Shown: positions 7,801 through 16,555, numbered from the stretch's first letter. The stretch: 40,313 nt of DNA from an uncultured Actinomycetota bacterium (GCA_964478985.1 CAYZJW010000003.1:1-40313); one strand, 5' to 3'. Numbers and translations are program-made. Notes: generated by a model not told the origin, from the sequence alone.

Positions 7801-9261
7801 TTAGAAATCATTAGGATCAAAATCAGGATCATAGTAGCCGTCTTCTTCAAATATCTCGGTCCATATGTCTGTTACTTCCTGAAGGGCATCTTCTGCAGTC
7901 CCTGTGCCCGATATGACATATGCACCCACAACTTCACTGAATGTCCTCAGCATCTCGTCATACTGGGGTACAGCCCACCAGTCCTGGAAAAGTTCAAACG
8001 ATTCCTTCATATTTGGATTATATGGAGCTGCATTCAGGAATTCATCGGAATTCAGCACTGCTTCATGGCAGGTGAATGAACCGGGCAATTGCGCCCATTC
8101 AGCCTGGGTCTCTTCCCTGGCAAACCATTCCAGCCAGGCAAATGCTGCATTCTTTTTCTCCTCCGAGATATAGCTCACAACAGATCCTGCCTGGCCGCCC
8201 AGGGCTGCACTCTGCCTCACCACGCCGTCAACACCCTCCTGGGGAGGACAGGTAAAGTATCCTGTATCACCAGCAAAGGGATTGGTCTCAGGATTTGCCA
8301 GAGCCGGCAGAAAAGCAAAGAAATTGGTGGACATGGGCACTATGCCGCTTATAAAGGCATCATTGGTGGCAACATAGAATGCATCTCCAAACCCGGGAGG
8401 CACAAACCTGTAAAGCTCCCTGTAGTATTCTATTCCGGCCACAGCTCCTTCACTGTTCAGGTAGCCGTCAACCTCAAAAGTCTCAAAATTTCCCAGGTCG
8501 CCGCCATAAACCCTGATAGTCTGTTCTGCTATCATAGCCAGCGAATCATATCCATTATCGCCGTATACGGCAACACCATAGAACTCATTATCAGGATCTT
8601 GGAAGAACTCTGCTATATCCTTTAGCATATCCCATGATTCGGGAACGCCAAGGGCATAGCCGTATTCTGCCTCAAAGGCTGCCATATTGTCAGGATCCTG
8701 GAAAAGGTCCATCCTGTATGCCCAGCCCAGGGCATCGCCTTCTACCGGTACTCCCCAATATCTTTCATATCCCTTGGGATATTCGGAATAGTAGTACATG
8801 GCAGAGGGCAGGAAAGAATCCAGTATGCCTTTTTCCTGAACAAAATCGGTAAGCTCTACAAAATGGCCGTTTATGGCCATATTGCCCACATCCTGGCTGT
8901 CAGCTACTATGATATCCCAGGCATCACTGCCTGCTATCATCTCTACATTATACTTCTGGACAAATGTCTCCCAGGGTGTCTGCTCAACTATAACCTCTAT
9001 ACCGGTCTCGGCAGTAAACCCGGCAGAAAGTGCTTCCAGGTTATCAGCCGGGGCCCACTGGGCCCAGTGGATAGTGATGGAATCAGCCATAGCCATTTCT
9101 TCTGCCTCTTCTTCTGCTGCCTCTTCTTCTTCAGCCTCCTCTTCCATCTCTTCTTCTGCTATTTCTTCTTCCGCAGCTTCCTCCGCCTTGCATCCCGCAC
9201 CATATATGGTAAGAGATACCATAAGCATTGCTGCCAGAAGCCATATGAGTGCTTTTCTCAT
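7801..9261 (-). CDS. ABC transporter extracellular solute-binding lipoprotein (CUT1 sugar-binding family) with poly-Glu tether
   Basis: Signal peptide plus lipobox MRKALIWLLAAMLMVSLTIYGAG|C. A Glu/Ala linker of about 30 aa follows, then a family-1 binding-protein fold of about 420 aa. AAAGGAGGGG SD. Confidence 0.9.
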   Translation of the reverse strand: MRKALIWLLAAMLMVSLTIYGAGCKAEEAAEEEIAEEEMEEEAEEEEAAEEEAEEMAMADSITIHWAQWAPADNLEALSAGFTAETGIEVIVEQTPWETFVQKYNVEMIAGSDAWDIIVADSQDVGNMAINGHFVELTDFVQEKGILDSFLPSAMYYYSEYPKGYERYWGVPVEGDALGWAYRMDLFQDPDNMAAFEAEYGYALGVPESWDMLKDIAEFFQDPDNEFYGVAVYGDNGYDSLAMIAEQTIRVYGGDLGNFETFEVDGYLNSEGAVAGIEYYRELYRFVPPGFGDAFYVATNDAFISGIVPMSTNFFAFLPALANPETNPFAGDTGYFTCPPQEGVDGVVRQSAALGGQAGSVVSYISEEKKNAAFAWLEWFAREETQAEWAQLPGSFTCHEAVLNSDEFLNAAPYNPNMKESFELFQDWWAVPQYDEMLRTFSEVVGAYVISGTGTAEDALQEVTDIWTEIFEEDGYYDPDFDPNDF

Positions 9262-9742
9262 TTTCCCCTCCTTTGAGATTACAAAATGTGATTGAGATCA
9301 CCTGCGATCATCCGGCCTACGCCTGGTGTTTGCATAAACCGGCAGTAATGATGATTTTCTTTCTATAGGACCACCCCCTTTACAATCAGCGCTTTTTCCA
9401 TTTGGCCCTCCTTTTTAAAGTCTAAAAATGGCTAGATCTATCCGGGGATAAAAATAATATTTTAGGAAAACACCTAATAGATGGCCTGTTTTTGCTGGAT
9501 GGATTAAACCAGATTCTACTGAATAAACTGAAGTAGGTTTTGAAGAATATTTTCACAGCTGCAAACATGACCCTCCAGTATGTTTACAAAGCTTCTGTTC
9601 CTGCACCGGGAGCTCCCTGCTGTAATCTTGCCCTGACCGGAATTCCCCTGCTAAACAATAGTATAATACAAAATAATAGTTTTTAAAATACCCGCTATCC
9701 TCTGTGCTGCTGTCTATCACCTGATAATCTGCCTTAAACCTG

Positions 9743-10939
9743 TTAGCAGAGTGGTTTATAAGTTGCATCAACCCACTTCTTCTCCCTGCTGCTCTCAACT
9801 ACTTTTTCCACAAAGTTTATACCCCTGGCTCCATCCTGTACTGTGGGAAAATCAAGATCGAATTCTGATGGTTCTGATCCATTTTTCTTTGCCTTCATAG
9901 TCCTGGCTGCATTTAAATAGATATTTGCCAGAGCCTCTATAAATGCTTCCGGATGGCCGAATGGAAGACGGGAGTTATGCCTTGTGACTTCTTCCAGGTA
10001 ATCATTTCCATGCTTGTATACCTTCTCGGGCTGGTCTTCGTACCTCAGGTAAAGGTAATTGGGGTTTTCCTGGTGCCATTCCATGGAGGCTTCAGTGCCA
10101 TATACCCTGAACCTTAAATTGTTCTCATCCCCCACAGATATCTGGGAGGCAAAGAATATACCCCTGGCCCCGTTCTCAAAGTGGACAAGTACATTGCCGT
10201 CATCATCAAGCACCCTGTCTTTGCCGAAGATGGTGAGATCAGCCATTACCCCGGTTATCTCCAGTCCGGTTATATAGCTGGACATATTCTCCACATGGGT
10301 CCCCAGGTCTCCCATGCAGGAAGATATCCCTGCCTGGGCGGGATCTGTCCTCCAGACTGCCTGCTTGGCGCCATCTTTCTCAATGGTCTTTGTCAGCCAG
10401 CCCTGGGGATACTCTACTACCACTTTGCGTATATCTCCCAGGACTCTGTCAGCTATCATCTTCTTAGCCTGCTTTACCATGGGATATCCGGTGTAGGTAT
10501 ACGTAACAGCAAATACCCTGTCATTTTCTTTTGCTATCCGGCACAGTTCTTCTGCCTCATCCATGGTCCTGGTCATGGGCTTGTCGCATATTATATTTAT
10601 CCCGGCCTCCATCATGGCCCTGGCTGCAGGATGATGCACGTGATTGGGTGTGACTATAGAGGCAAAATCGATCCTCTCTTCCTCCGGAAGAGCCCCTTCT
10701 TTCTCTGCCATCTCCTCATATGATCCGTATACCCTGGAAGGGTCCAGCATCAGTTCCCGGCCCTGGGCCTCTGATTTTTCCGGGGTAGAAGAAAAAGCGC
10801 CTGCGACCAGCTCTATCTCTCCATCCAGTGCAGCTGCTTTCCTGTGGATATCTCCGAAAAATGCTTCCGGTCCTCCGCCCACCATGCCATACCTGATCTT
10901 TTCTGGATTTTCATTGACATCTTTTACTATTCCGACCAT
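9743..10939 (-). CDS. Gfo/Idh/MocA family NAD(P)-dependent sugar dehydrogenase
   Basis: IRYGMVGGGPEAFFGDIHR Rossmann start, ICDKPM motif and family-typical C-terminal alpha/beta domain. Start moved to MVGIVKD (ATG 10939-10937, GGGAGGAG 7-8 nt upstream); the track start at 11005 would overlap the upstream gene. Confidence 0.9.
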   Translation of the reverse strand: MVGIVKDVNENPEKIRYGMVGGGPEAFFGDIHRKAAALDGEIELVAGAFSSTPEKSEAQGRELMLDPSRVYGSYEEMAEKEGALPEEERIDFASIVTPNHVHHPAARAMMEAGINIICDKPMTRTMDEAEELCRIAKENDRVFAVTYTYTGYPMVKQAKKMIADRVLGDIRKVVVEYPQGWLTKTIEKDGAKQAVWRTDPAQAGISSCMGDLGTHVENMSSYITGLEITGVMADLTIFGKDRVLDDDGNVLVHFENGARGIFFASQISVGDENNLRFRVYGTEASMEWHQENPNYLYLRYEDQPEKVYKHGNDYLEEVTRHNSRLPFGHPEAFIEALANIYLNAARTMKAKKNGSEPSEFDLDFPTVQDGARGINFVEKVVESSREKKWVDATYKPLC

Positions 10940-10979
10940 CTTAAATCTCCTCCCTTTATTTCTAAAAAAGACTTCCCTG

Positions 10980-11969
10980 TCATTCATTCTTAAGAGCATC
11001 ATCAAAAGCGCCGGAGGCAGGATTTATATTTATATGCTTTACAAAGTCACATGCTTCAGATGCCCCCCTCATCCTGTCCATCCCCGAGTCCTCCCATTCC
11101 ACAGACAGGGGGCCCTCATAACCTATCTGGTTTAGCTCCCTTATTACTGCTCCGAAATCAACCTGGCCCCTTCCCGGTGAACGGAAGTTCCAGCCCCTCC
11201 TGGTATCACCGAACTCTATGTGGGAACCCAGTATTCCGTTAAGGCCGTCAAGTGTCACCGAGGCATCCTTTATATGCACGTGATATACCCTGTCAGGAAG
11301 AGCTCTTATCATAAGGTGGGGTTTTAATCCCTGCCACAAAAGGTGGCTGGGATCAAAGTTTATGCCCAGTGTCTCTCTGCCTTCAAAAGCATTTAGCAGC
11401 CTTTCAAAGGTATAGTAGTCAAAGGCGATCTCCGTGGGGTGCACCTCAAATGCAAATTTGATATCCATTTTGTCCATCTCATCAAAAAGAGGCGTCCATC
11501 TTTTAACAATGGAGGCAAAACCCTCCTCTATCATCTCTTCTGATGCCGGGGGGAACGAATACCAATAGTTCCATATAGGGGAGCCCAGAAATCCGGTGAT
11601 TATACTGATGTCCAGGTTCTTGGCTGCCGTTATGGTATCCTTTACCTCCTGGACTGCCCATTTCCTCATTGCCTCTTCGTCTCCGGCTACAGCAGAAGGG
11701 GCAAAGCCGTTATGGCGGCTGTCGTAGACATCCCCTACCAGCTGACCGGAAAGGTGGGCTGATATAGCCCAGCTGCCAAGCCCGTGCTTTTTAAGAATGT
11801 CTTTTATTTCCCTGGCATAGGACTTGTCCCGGGCAGCTTTTTGGGCATTTATATGCTTGCCCCAGGTAGCAAGCTCAAGACCCTCATAACCCATCTTTTG
11901 CGCAGAAGCGCACATCTCGTCAAATGGTATGTCAGCAAACTGGCCGGTAAATAGTGTTACTGCTCTCAT
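10980..11969 (-). CDS. sugar phosphate isomerase/epimerase (xylose-isomerase-like TIM barrel), partner of the adjacent dehydrogenase
   Basis: 329 aa: YEGLELATWG...KFAFEVHPTEIAFD...NFDPSHLLWQG...HVHIKD...SVEWED (E/D/H/E ligand pattern). TAGGAGGG SD. Separated by 40 nt from the Gfo/Idh/MocA gene. Confidence 0.85.
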   Translation of the reverse strand: MRAVTLFTGQFADIPFDEMCASAQKMGYEGLELATWGKHINAQKAARDKSYAREIKDILKKHGLGSWAISAHLSGQLVGDVYDSRHNGFAPSAVAGDEEAMRKWAVQEVKDTITAAKNLDISIITGFLGSPIWNYWYSFPPASEEMIEEGFASIVKRWTPLFDEMDKMDIKFAFEVHPTEIAFDYYTFERLLNAFEGRETLGINFDPSHLLWQGLKPHLMIRALPDRVYHVHIKDASVTLDGLNGILGSHIEFGDTRRGWNFRSPGRGQVDFGAVIRELNQIGYEGPLSVEWEDSGMDRMRGASEACDFVKHININPASGAFDDALKNE

Positions 11970-12034
11970 CTTATGACCCTCCTATCATAAAATATTAATA
12001 GTATTATTTTAGCAATAGAAAGTATTGCAGTCTA

Positions 12035-13282
12035 CTATGTGAGCTTGAATTTAAGCCTGCCTTCCTTTTCTCTGACTTCCTTCAATCTCTGTGCTGCTTC
12101 CCTGTTGTGGACAACGCAGCCCACTGCCTTTTGCCTTATGAGAAGTTCTATGCAGTTGTCGCAGGCAATACACCAGTCAATGTCCTCTTGCTGGCCGGAA
12201 AGCAGTTTATTGGGTAAGTATGGATCAGCAAGCGTCTGCCTTCCTATAGCTATCATATCACATACGCCATCATTAATATTCTTATTTCCCCAGTAAGTAA
12301 GTGATTTCTTTTCTCTGGGAACCTTTGGCTGCAGATTATTATCGCCATCCCTGAAAATAGAATATGCCGAGCCGATTACAACAGTTTCCGGGGAGACATT
12401 ATCGCTTACAGTTTTCTGAAAGGTATGATGCAGGTATACCTGGTCTGGTATCCTTCTGTCAGGCTGCGAAAGTGCAAGGGTGATAGAGGGGCATCCAGCT
12501 GAGACAATTATGTAATCTGCTCCTCTTTCTTCAAGTCCTTTTACAAGAGCAATCGGTTCGGTATTATCCATGACTGCCGTATCAGGTCCTGCCGATCCAA
12601 ATCCGCCGGGAAAGCCTTCCCAGAAAGATATCTTTGAGCCAATAATAAATCCGGGATCATCGATCTCCTTTTTCACCCTTTCATAACCTTCAAAGACAAA
12701 CCTGGTGCGGTTCTCAAAAGATCCGCCGTATTTCCACTTTCTGTCATTATACGGCCTGAGCAGCTGGGTGCCCAGATATCCGTGGCAGATCTTAATATCT
12801 ACACCATCCGCACCGCATTCATGAGCAATTTTAGCTCCCAGCACAAATTGGTCCAGGATCATTTCTATGTCTTTTTCACTGAGCAGTTCACCGCCAAAAT
12901 CCGCATGCGGCTTAACCGTGACCCTCTTGGAAAAATCCGGATGGCTTATTTCGCCGGAATGTGTCAATTGCCAGATAAAGACAGCTCTGTCATTTATCTT
13001 TTTCATCTCTTCTGTAAATTTCTTAAGAGCTTTTTCATTTTCAGGCATCACGCTGAGCTGGTTTAGCCTGCCCCGGCTTTCCCTGGTAACAGTTATTGCT
13101 TCCAGGTCTATCAGTCCTGCTCCACCCTCAAAGTATCTGGCATACCTTTCATAAGTCCTTTTTGTCGGATTCCCTTCATCATCGGCATCATTGCATTCCA
13201 TGGCATTCAGGGCTATGCGGTTGGGGGCTGTAAGGTTGCCTATTTTTATAGGAGTTAAGAGTTCTTCTTTTTTATTAGTCAT
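12035..13282 (-). CDS. Old Yellow Enzyme-type NADH:flavin oxidoreductase domain with C-terminal 4Fe-4S motif (FadH/enoate-reductase clade, lacking the NAD(P)H domain)
   Basis: CHGYLGTQLLRPYNDRKWKYGGSFENRTRF matches the OYE core motif. CIACDNCIELLIRQKAVGC is CxxCxxC-x11-C. The protein ends 26 aa later. TAGGAGGG SD. Confidence 0.85.
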   Translation of the reverse strand: MTNKKEELLTPIKIGNLTAPNRIALNAMECNDADDEGNPTKRTYERYARYFEGGAGLIDLEAITVTRESRGRLNQLSVMPENEKALKKFTEEMKKINDRAVFIWQLTHSGEISHPDFSKRVTVKPHADFGGELLSEKDIEMILDQFVLGAKIAHECGADGVDIKICHGYLGTQLLRPYNDRKWKYGGSFENRTRFVFEGYERVKKEIDDPGFIIGSKISFWEGFPGGFGSAGPDTAVMDNTEPIALVKGLEERGADYIIVSAGCPSITLALSQPDRRIPDQVYLHHTFQKTVSDNVSPETVVIGSAYSIFRDGDNNLQPKVPREKKSLTYWGNKNINDGVCDMIAIGRQTLADPYLPNKLLSGQQEDIDWCIACDNCIELLIRQKAVGCVVHNREAAQRLKEVREKEGRLKFKLT

Positions 13283-13400
13283 TTTGACCCTCCTAATAAA
13301 ATCCTGAAGATATATGCTCTTTAATTGTAACAGTATAATAATTTTAGTAAATACAGGGATTTTTCATGATATATTATTATTTGTTTAAATACTTCCCTGA

Positions 13401-14618
13401 TTATTCCCTGTCCGGCATATCCGGATTACTGTCAGGCCCAAAGTATTTCAGCATTACCAGGGGTTCATAACCGGTGTTATGTATAGTCACTCCCTTTACA
13501 GCCGTATCATAAGGCACAAAGAATTCATCTCTGGTAAGATCTCCAAACCTTATCATGGTAGGCGATTCTGCCTGGATATCATTTAGTTCCCCGTGTCCCT
13601 GTATTATCAGCATGCCGTAAGGTCCGGTATCGGTTATGGTTGCTTTTGCCCCTGAATATACAGTAAGCTCCTTGGCAGAGAATGCTTCATCTCCGTCGAT
13701 CCTCCCATATACCACCCATTTTTCCTGATATTTATTGGGAAAGGGGTTATCTATATTTAAGGGGGGAAGGAAAAACCTGGCCTTAAAATCTGATACGGTA
13801 TTGAGCTCCCAGTTAAGGCTTCCGATTATATGATCCAGGTCATCCTTTCTCTCGTCGGCAATATCTTTGGAAAGAAGGGATCTGTCTATAGGTTTTCCCG
13901 AGGGCAGGGATTCAAACATCATATAGACATCTGAAGCCCACTGGGGCTCGAAAGTGCACAGGGACCCGGGCGCATGCAGGATGCCGGGAGGGATCAGCCA
14001 GCCGGTCCCCAGCTCCAGCCTGTATGCCCTGCTGAGATCCAGTATCTTATTGTCGCCCCTGTCGAATGCGGCCAGGCATTTTTTAAGGTCATCTTTGCTG
14101 GTGCCGGGTTCCAGTCCGAAAAAGGTATAAGGAAATGAATCTGGCTGGAAATTATACTGGGCAGGGAAATAATATGCCTCTGGCTTGCCTTCAGCCCCTA
14201 TCTGCCGGGCATAATCATGGTCCACATGGACATGATGAGGCAGGGGCTCCATATTGTCAAAAAACTTGGCAAATATCTTCCAGCCTCCCCATTTTGACAT
14301 TATGCTATGGCCCAGTATATCGGTGCCTTCTTCCTCTATCAGGGTCTTTAAAAGCATTTTTTCTTTGCCTGCTACTGCATATGAGAGACCTTCGTCTTCA
14401 GGTGTGCCGGGACCATTATCGGCCCGGATCGTAGAAGCAAACCATCTTTCATCTATTCCCCCTCTATGGGCGCCCAGGGCAAACAGATCATCAGGATGCA
14501 GTCTCAGCCTTCTTCCCGGGATACAGAAGGACCTGGGGACCCATGAGGGCGCCAGGTGCAAAAGCCCGTTATTGAGCTCCAGTGCATTATTCAAGAATTT
14601 TTTAGTTTCCTTGCTCAT
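13401..14618 (-). CDS. cupin-fold protein resembling class I phosphomannose isomerase (aldose-ketose isomerase candidate)
   Basis: 405 aa. LPHHVHVDH, GKPEAYYF and PGILHAPGSLCTFEPQWASDV resemble the PMI type I metal and active-site motifs (HKPE..., HAY..G...E...SDN). The assignment is by eye only. AGGAG SD. Confidence 0.6.
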   Translation of the reverse strand: MSKETKKFLNNALELNNGLLHLAPSWVPRSFCIPGRRLRLHPDDLFALGAHRGGIDERWFASTIRADNGPGTPEDEGLSYAVAGKEKMLLKTLIEEEGTDILGHSIMSKWGGWKIFAKFFDNMEPLPHHVHVDHDYARQIGAEGKPEAYYFPAQYNFQPDSFPYTFFGLEPGTSKDDLKKCLAAFDRGDNKILDLSRAYRLELGTGWLIPPGILHAPGSLCTFEPQWASDVYMMFESLPSGKPIDRSLLSKDIADERKDDLDHIIGSLNWELNTVSDFKARFFLPPLNIDNPFPNKYQEKWVVYGRIDGDEAFSAKELTVYSGAKATITDTGPYGMLIIQGHGELNDIQAESPTMIRFGDLTRDEFFVPYDTAVKGVTIHNTGYEPLVMLKYFGPDSNPDMPDRE

Positions 14619-14767
14619 TTTTATAGTCTCCTATCTCATTATTTTATATTCCCAGACTAATCTTTTTTTCTTTTAAAATCAAAACTTAAATAATTTACTT
14701 TAATATTTCTGCACAAATATTGTATTATATTGGGTAAATCTGGCATTCCCGGTATAAATATATTTTT

Positions 14768-15436
14768 ATGGACACTTTAGAAATAACTAAAGACTTGCTA
14801 TATATTATGGGCGGTTTTTTGCTTGGCTCCATACCTTTCTGCTTTATCCTGGCAAAGCTTACCGGCAGGAAAAACCTCAGGCAGATCGGAGATAAAAACC
14901 CGGGAGGCTGGAACCTGATGTTTAATGTATCAAAGGTCTGGGGACTTGTCGGTATCCTGCTTGATATGGCAAAAGGCTATTTTTCATATTATATCGTACT
15001 TGGCCTGGCATATGAAAGCAGTACCGCTATTATGGGGACGAACCACAATCAGCTGATCGCCGTACTTGCCGGGTGTGCCGCCGTTGCCGGCCACAATTAT
15101 TCCCCATTCCTCAGCTGGAACGGCGGAAAGGGGATAGCAGCCTGGGGAGGTTTTATGACAGCAGGCAGCTGGTATGCCTTCCCGGTAGGAGGATTCAGCC
15201 TGCTCATGGGTATCCTTTTTACCAGGAATATGATATGGTCTGTTATCCTGGGAATAGTTATGACCTGTCTTTTTTTATGGTTTTATACTGATGCAGCCGT
15301 TTTTGTTTTTGCCTCACTTCTGCTTCTTGTGATCATGCTGCCCCGACAGATAAACCGGCAGCTGCCGCTGGGAAAGAATTTCCAGTTCTGGAAGGAAGCC
15401 AGCCTGCAGGATCTTTTCAAACCAAAATTGAGATAA
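14768..15436 (+). CDS. plsY: PlsY-family glycerol-3-phosphate acyltransferase (divergent motif 2)
   Basis: GSIPFCFILAKL..., LLDMAKG, AGHNYSPFLSWNGGKGIAAWGG match PlsY motifs. The usual GSGNxGATN is GDKNPGGWNL here. No SD precedes the ATG. Confidence 0.8.
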   Translation: MDTLEITKDLLYIMGGFLLGSIPFCFILAKLTGRKNLRQIGDKNPGGWNLMFNVSKVWGLVGILLDMAKGYFSYYIVLGLAYESSTAIMGTNHNQLIAVLAGCAAVAGHNYSPFLSWNGGKGIAAWGGFMTAGSWYAFPVGGFSLLMGILFTRNMIWSVILGIVMTCLFLWFYTDAAVFVFASLLLLVIMLPRQINRQLPLGKNFQFWKEASLQDLFKPKLR

Positions 15437-15508
15437 TTATATTTTTGGGAAATCTCTGCTAATAATATATAATCTTTATATATTGATAATAATTTATGGA
15501 GGTTTGTT

Positions 15509-15709
15509 ATGCCTAAGAAGGATTTTTTGATCAGCCAGTTTAAAGGCCAGATTGACGACTGGGATGACCAGATATATAAATTGACATGTGACATAAAAGA
15601 GACTGCTGATGAAAGTGTAAAGATCCAGTGCCGTGAAAAAATAGAAGATCTTGAATCAAAAAGATCGAAAGCAATGGATGAGATAGAAAAATTAGAACAG
15701 CAGCAATAG
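15509..15709 (+). CDS. small coiled-coil protein (66 aa), function unknown
   Basis: GGAGG lies 7 nt upstream of the ATG. Charged heptad-like sequence; no recognisable family. Confidence 0.5.
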   Translation: MPKKDFLISQFKGQIDDWDDQIYKLTCDIKETADESVKIQCREKIEDLESKRSKAMDEIEKLEQQQ

Positions 15710-15713
15710 AACA

Positions 15714-16080
<367 letters not shown>

Positions 16081-16084
16081 GTAT

Positions 16085-16112
16085 ATTATACATCAATCTT
16101 CGATTTCACCAA
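16085..16112 (-). promoter_or_regulatory. candidate sigma70-type promoter for rnpB
   Basis: Minus strand TTGGTG-16 nt-TATAAT. The -10 lies 2 nt after the rnhA stop codon and the predicted start falls in the GGGG that opens P1. Confidence 0.4.
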
Positions 16113-16554
16113 AGCTTATACCTGATTCACCTGCATATCTGAATTCCATGTTCTCCAGAGCCCTGTTTACCAGTTTGTCCGCCTCTCTGTTTTTTTCCCT
16201 GGGAATGAGCCTGAGGTCTACTTTTTCATATTGGGAAAGCTTGTCGGTGATCCCCAGATATATATCAAGGATCTTTTTATCCTTGATCTTCCATATCTTT
16301 TTTACCTGGTTATGGACAAGGGCGCTGTCTGTAAGCAGGATTATTTTCCTTATTTCCAGCTTTTCTACATATTCCAGTACTTTTTCCAGTGCTTTATACT
16401 CGGCCACATTATTAGTGTTCTTTCCTATATACTCGGAAAGCTCTCCCATCCTTTCTCCTTTTTCATCATATATAACAGCGCCGATAGCGGAAGGACCCGG
16501 ATTGCCCCGGGAACCGCCGTCAAAAAATATCTTCAGATATTTGTCCTGGTCCAA
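16093..16554 (-). CDS. rnhA: ribonuclease HI
   Basis: FDGGSRGNPGPSAIGAVIY, NNVAEYKALEKVLEY, LLTDSALV and REKNREADKLV give the DEDD pattern of type 1 RNase H. TTG start one nt after the upstream stop, with AAAGGAGC upstream. Confidence 0.85.
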   Translation of the reverse strand: MDQDKYLKIFFDGGSRGNPGPSAIGAVIYDEKGERMGELSEYIGKNTNNVAEYKALEKVLEYVEKLEIRKIILLTDSALVHNQVKKIWKIKDKKILDIYLGITDKLSQYEKVDLRLIPREKNREADKLVNRALENMEFRYAGESGISFGEIED

Positions 16555-16555
16555 A

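Noticed and set aside
7904-9295. Several plus-strand ORFs of 72-178 aa
   Set aside because: All are antisense to the solute-binding-protein gene. The Ser/Phe-rich ones merely mirror the poly-Glu codons.
9287-9302. TGTGA-N6-TCAC(c) as a functional CRP/FNR class II activator site
   Set aside because: Its centre lies only about 33 nt upstream of the start codon. A -41.5 placement would put the transcription start inside the coding region. I mention it only as a possible repressor site or a chance match.
10940-11005. N-terminal extensions offered by the ORF track (here MMMLLRMNDREVFFRNKGRRFK; likewise 18914-18964 for msrB, 35262-35279 for xylB, 1461-1478 for the Zn-dehydrogenase)
   Set aside because: The extensions overlap the upstream gene or lack an SD. 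Internal ATGs have well-spaced GGAGG-type sites and give family-typical N-termini.
9743-11969. Assigning the dehydrogenase + TIM-barrel pair to the known C-glycoside deglycosidase (DgpA/DgpBC, CarABC) or canonical inositol (iol) pathways
   Set aside because: No small beta-subunit gene (DgpB/CarC type) accompanies the TIM barrel. No IolC kinase, IolD (ThDP), IolB or IolJ-type genes are in the locus. The mechanistic analogy is kept but a direct assignment is not.
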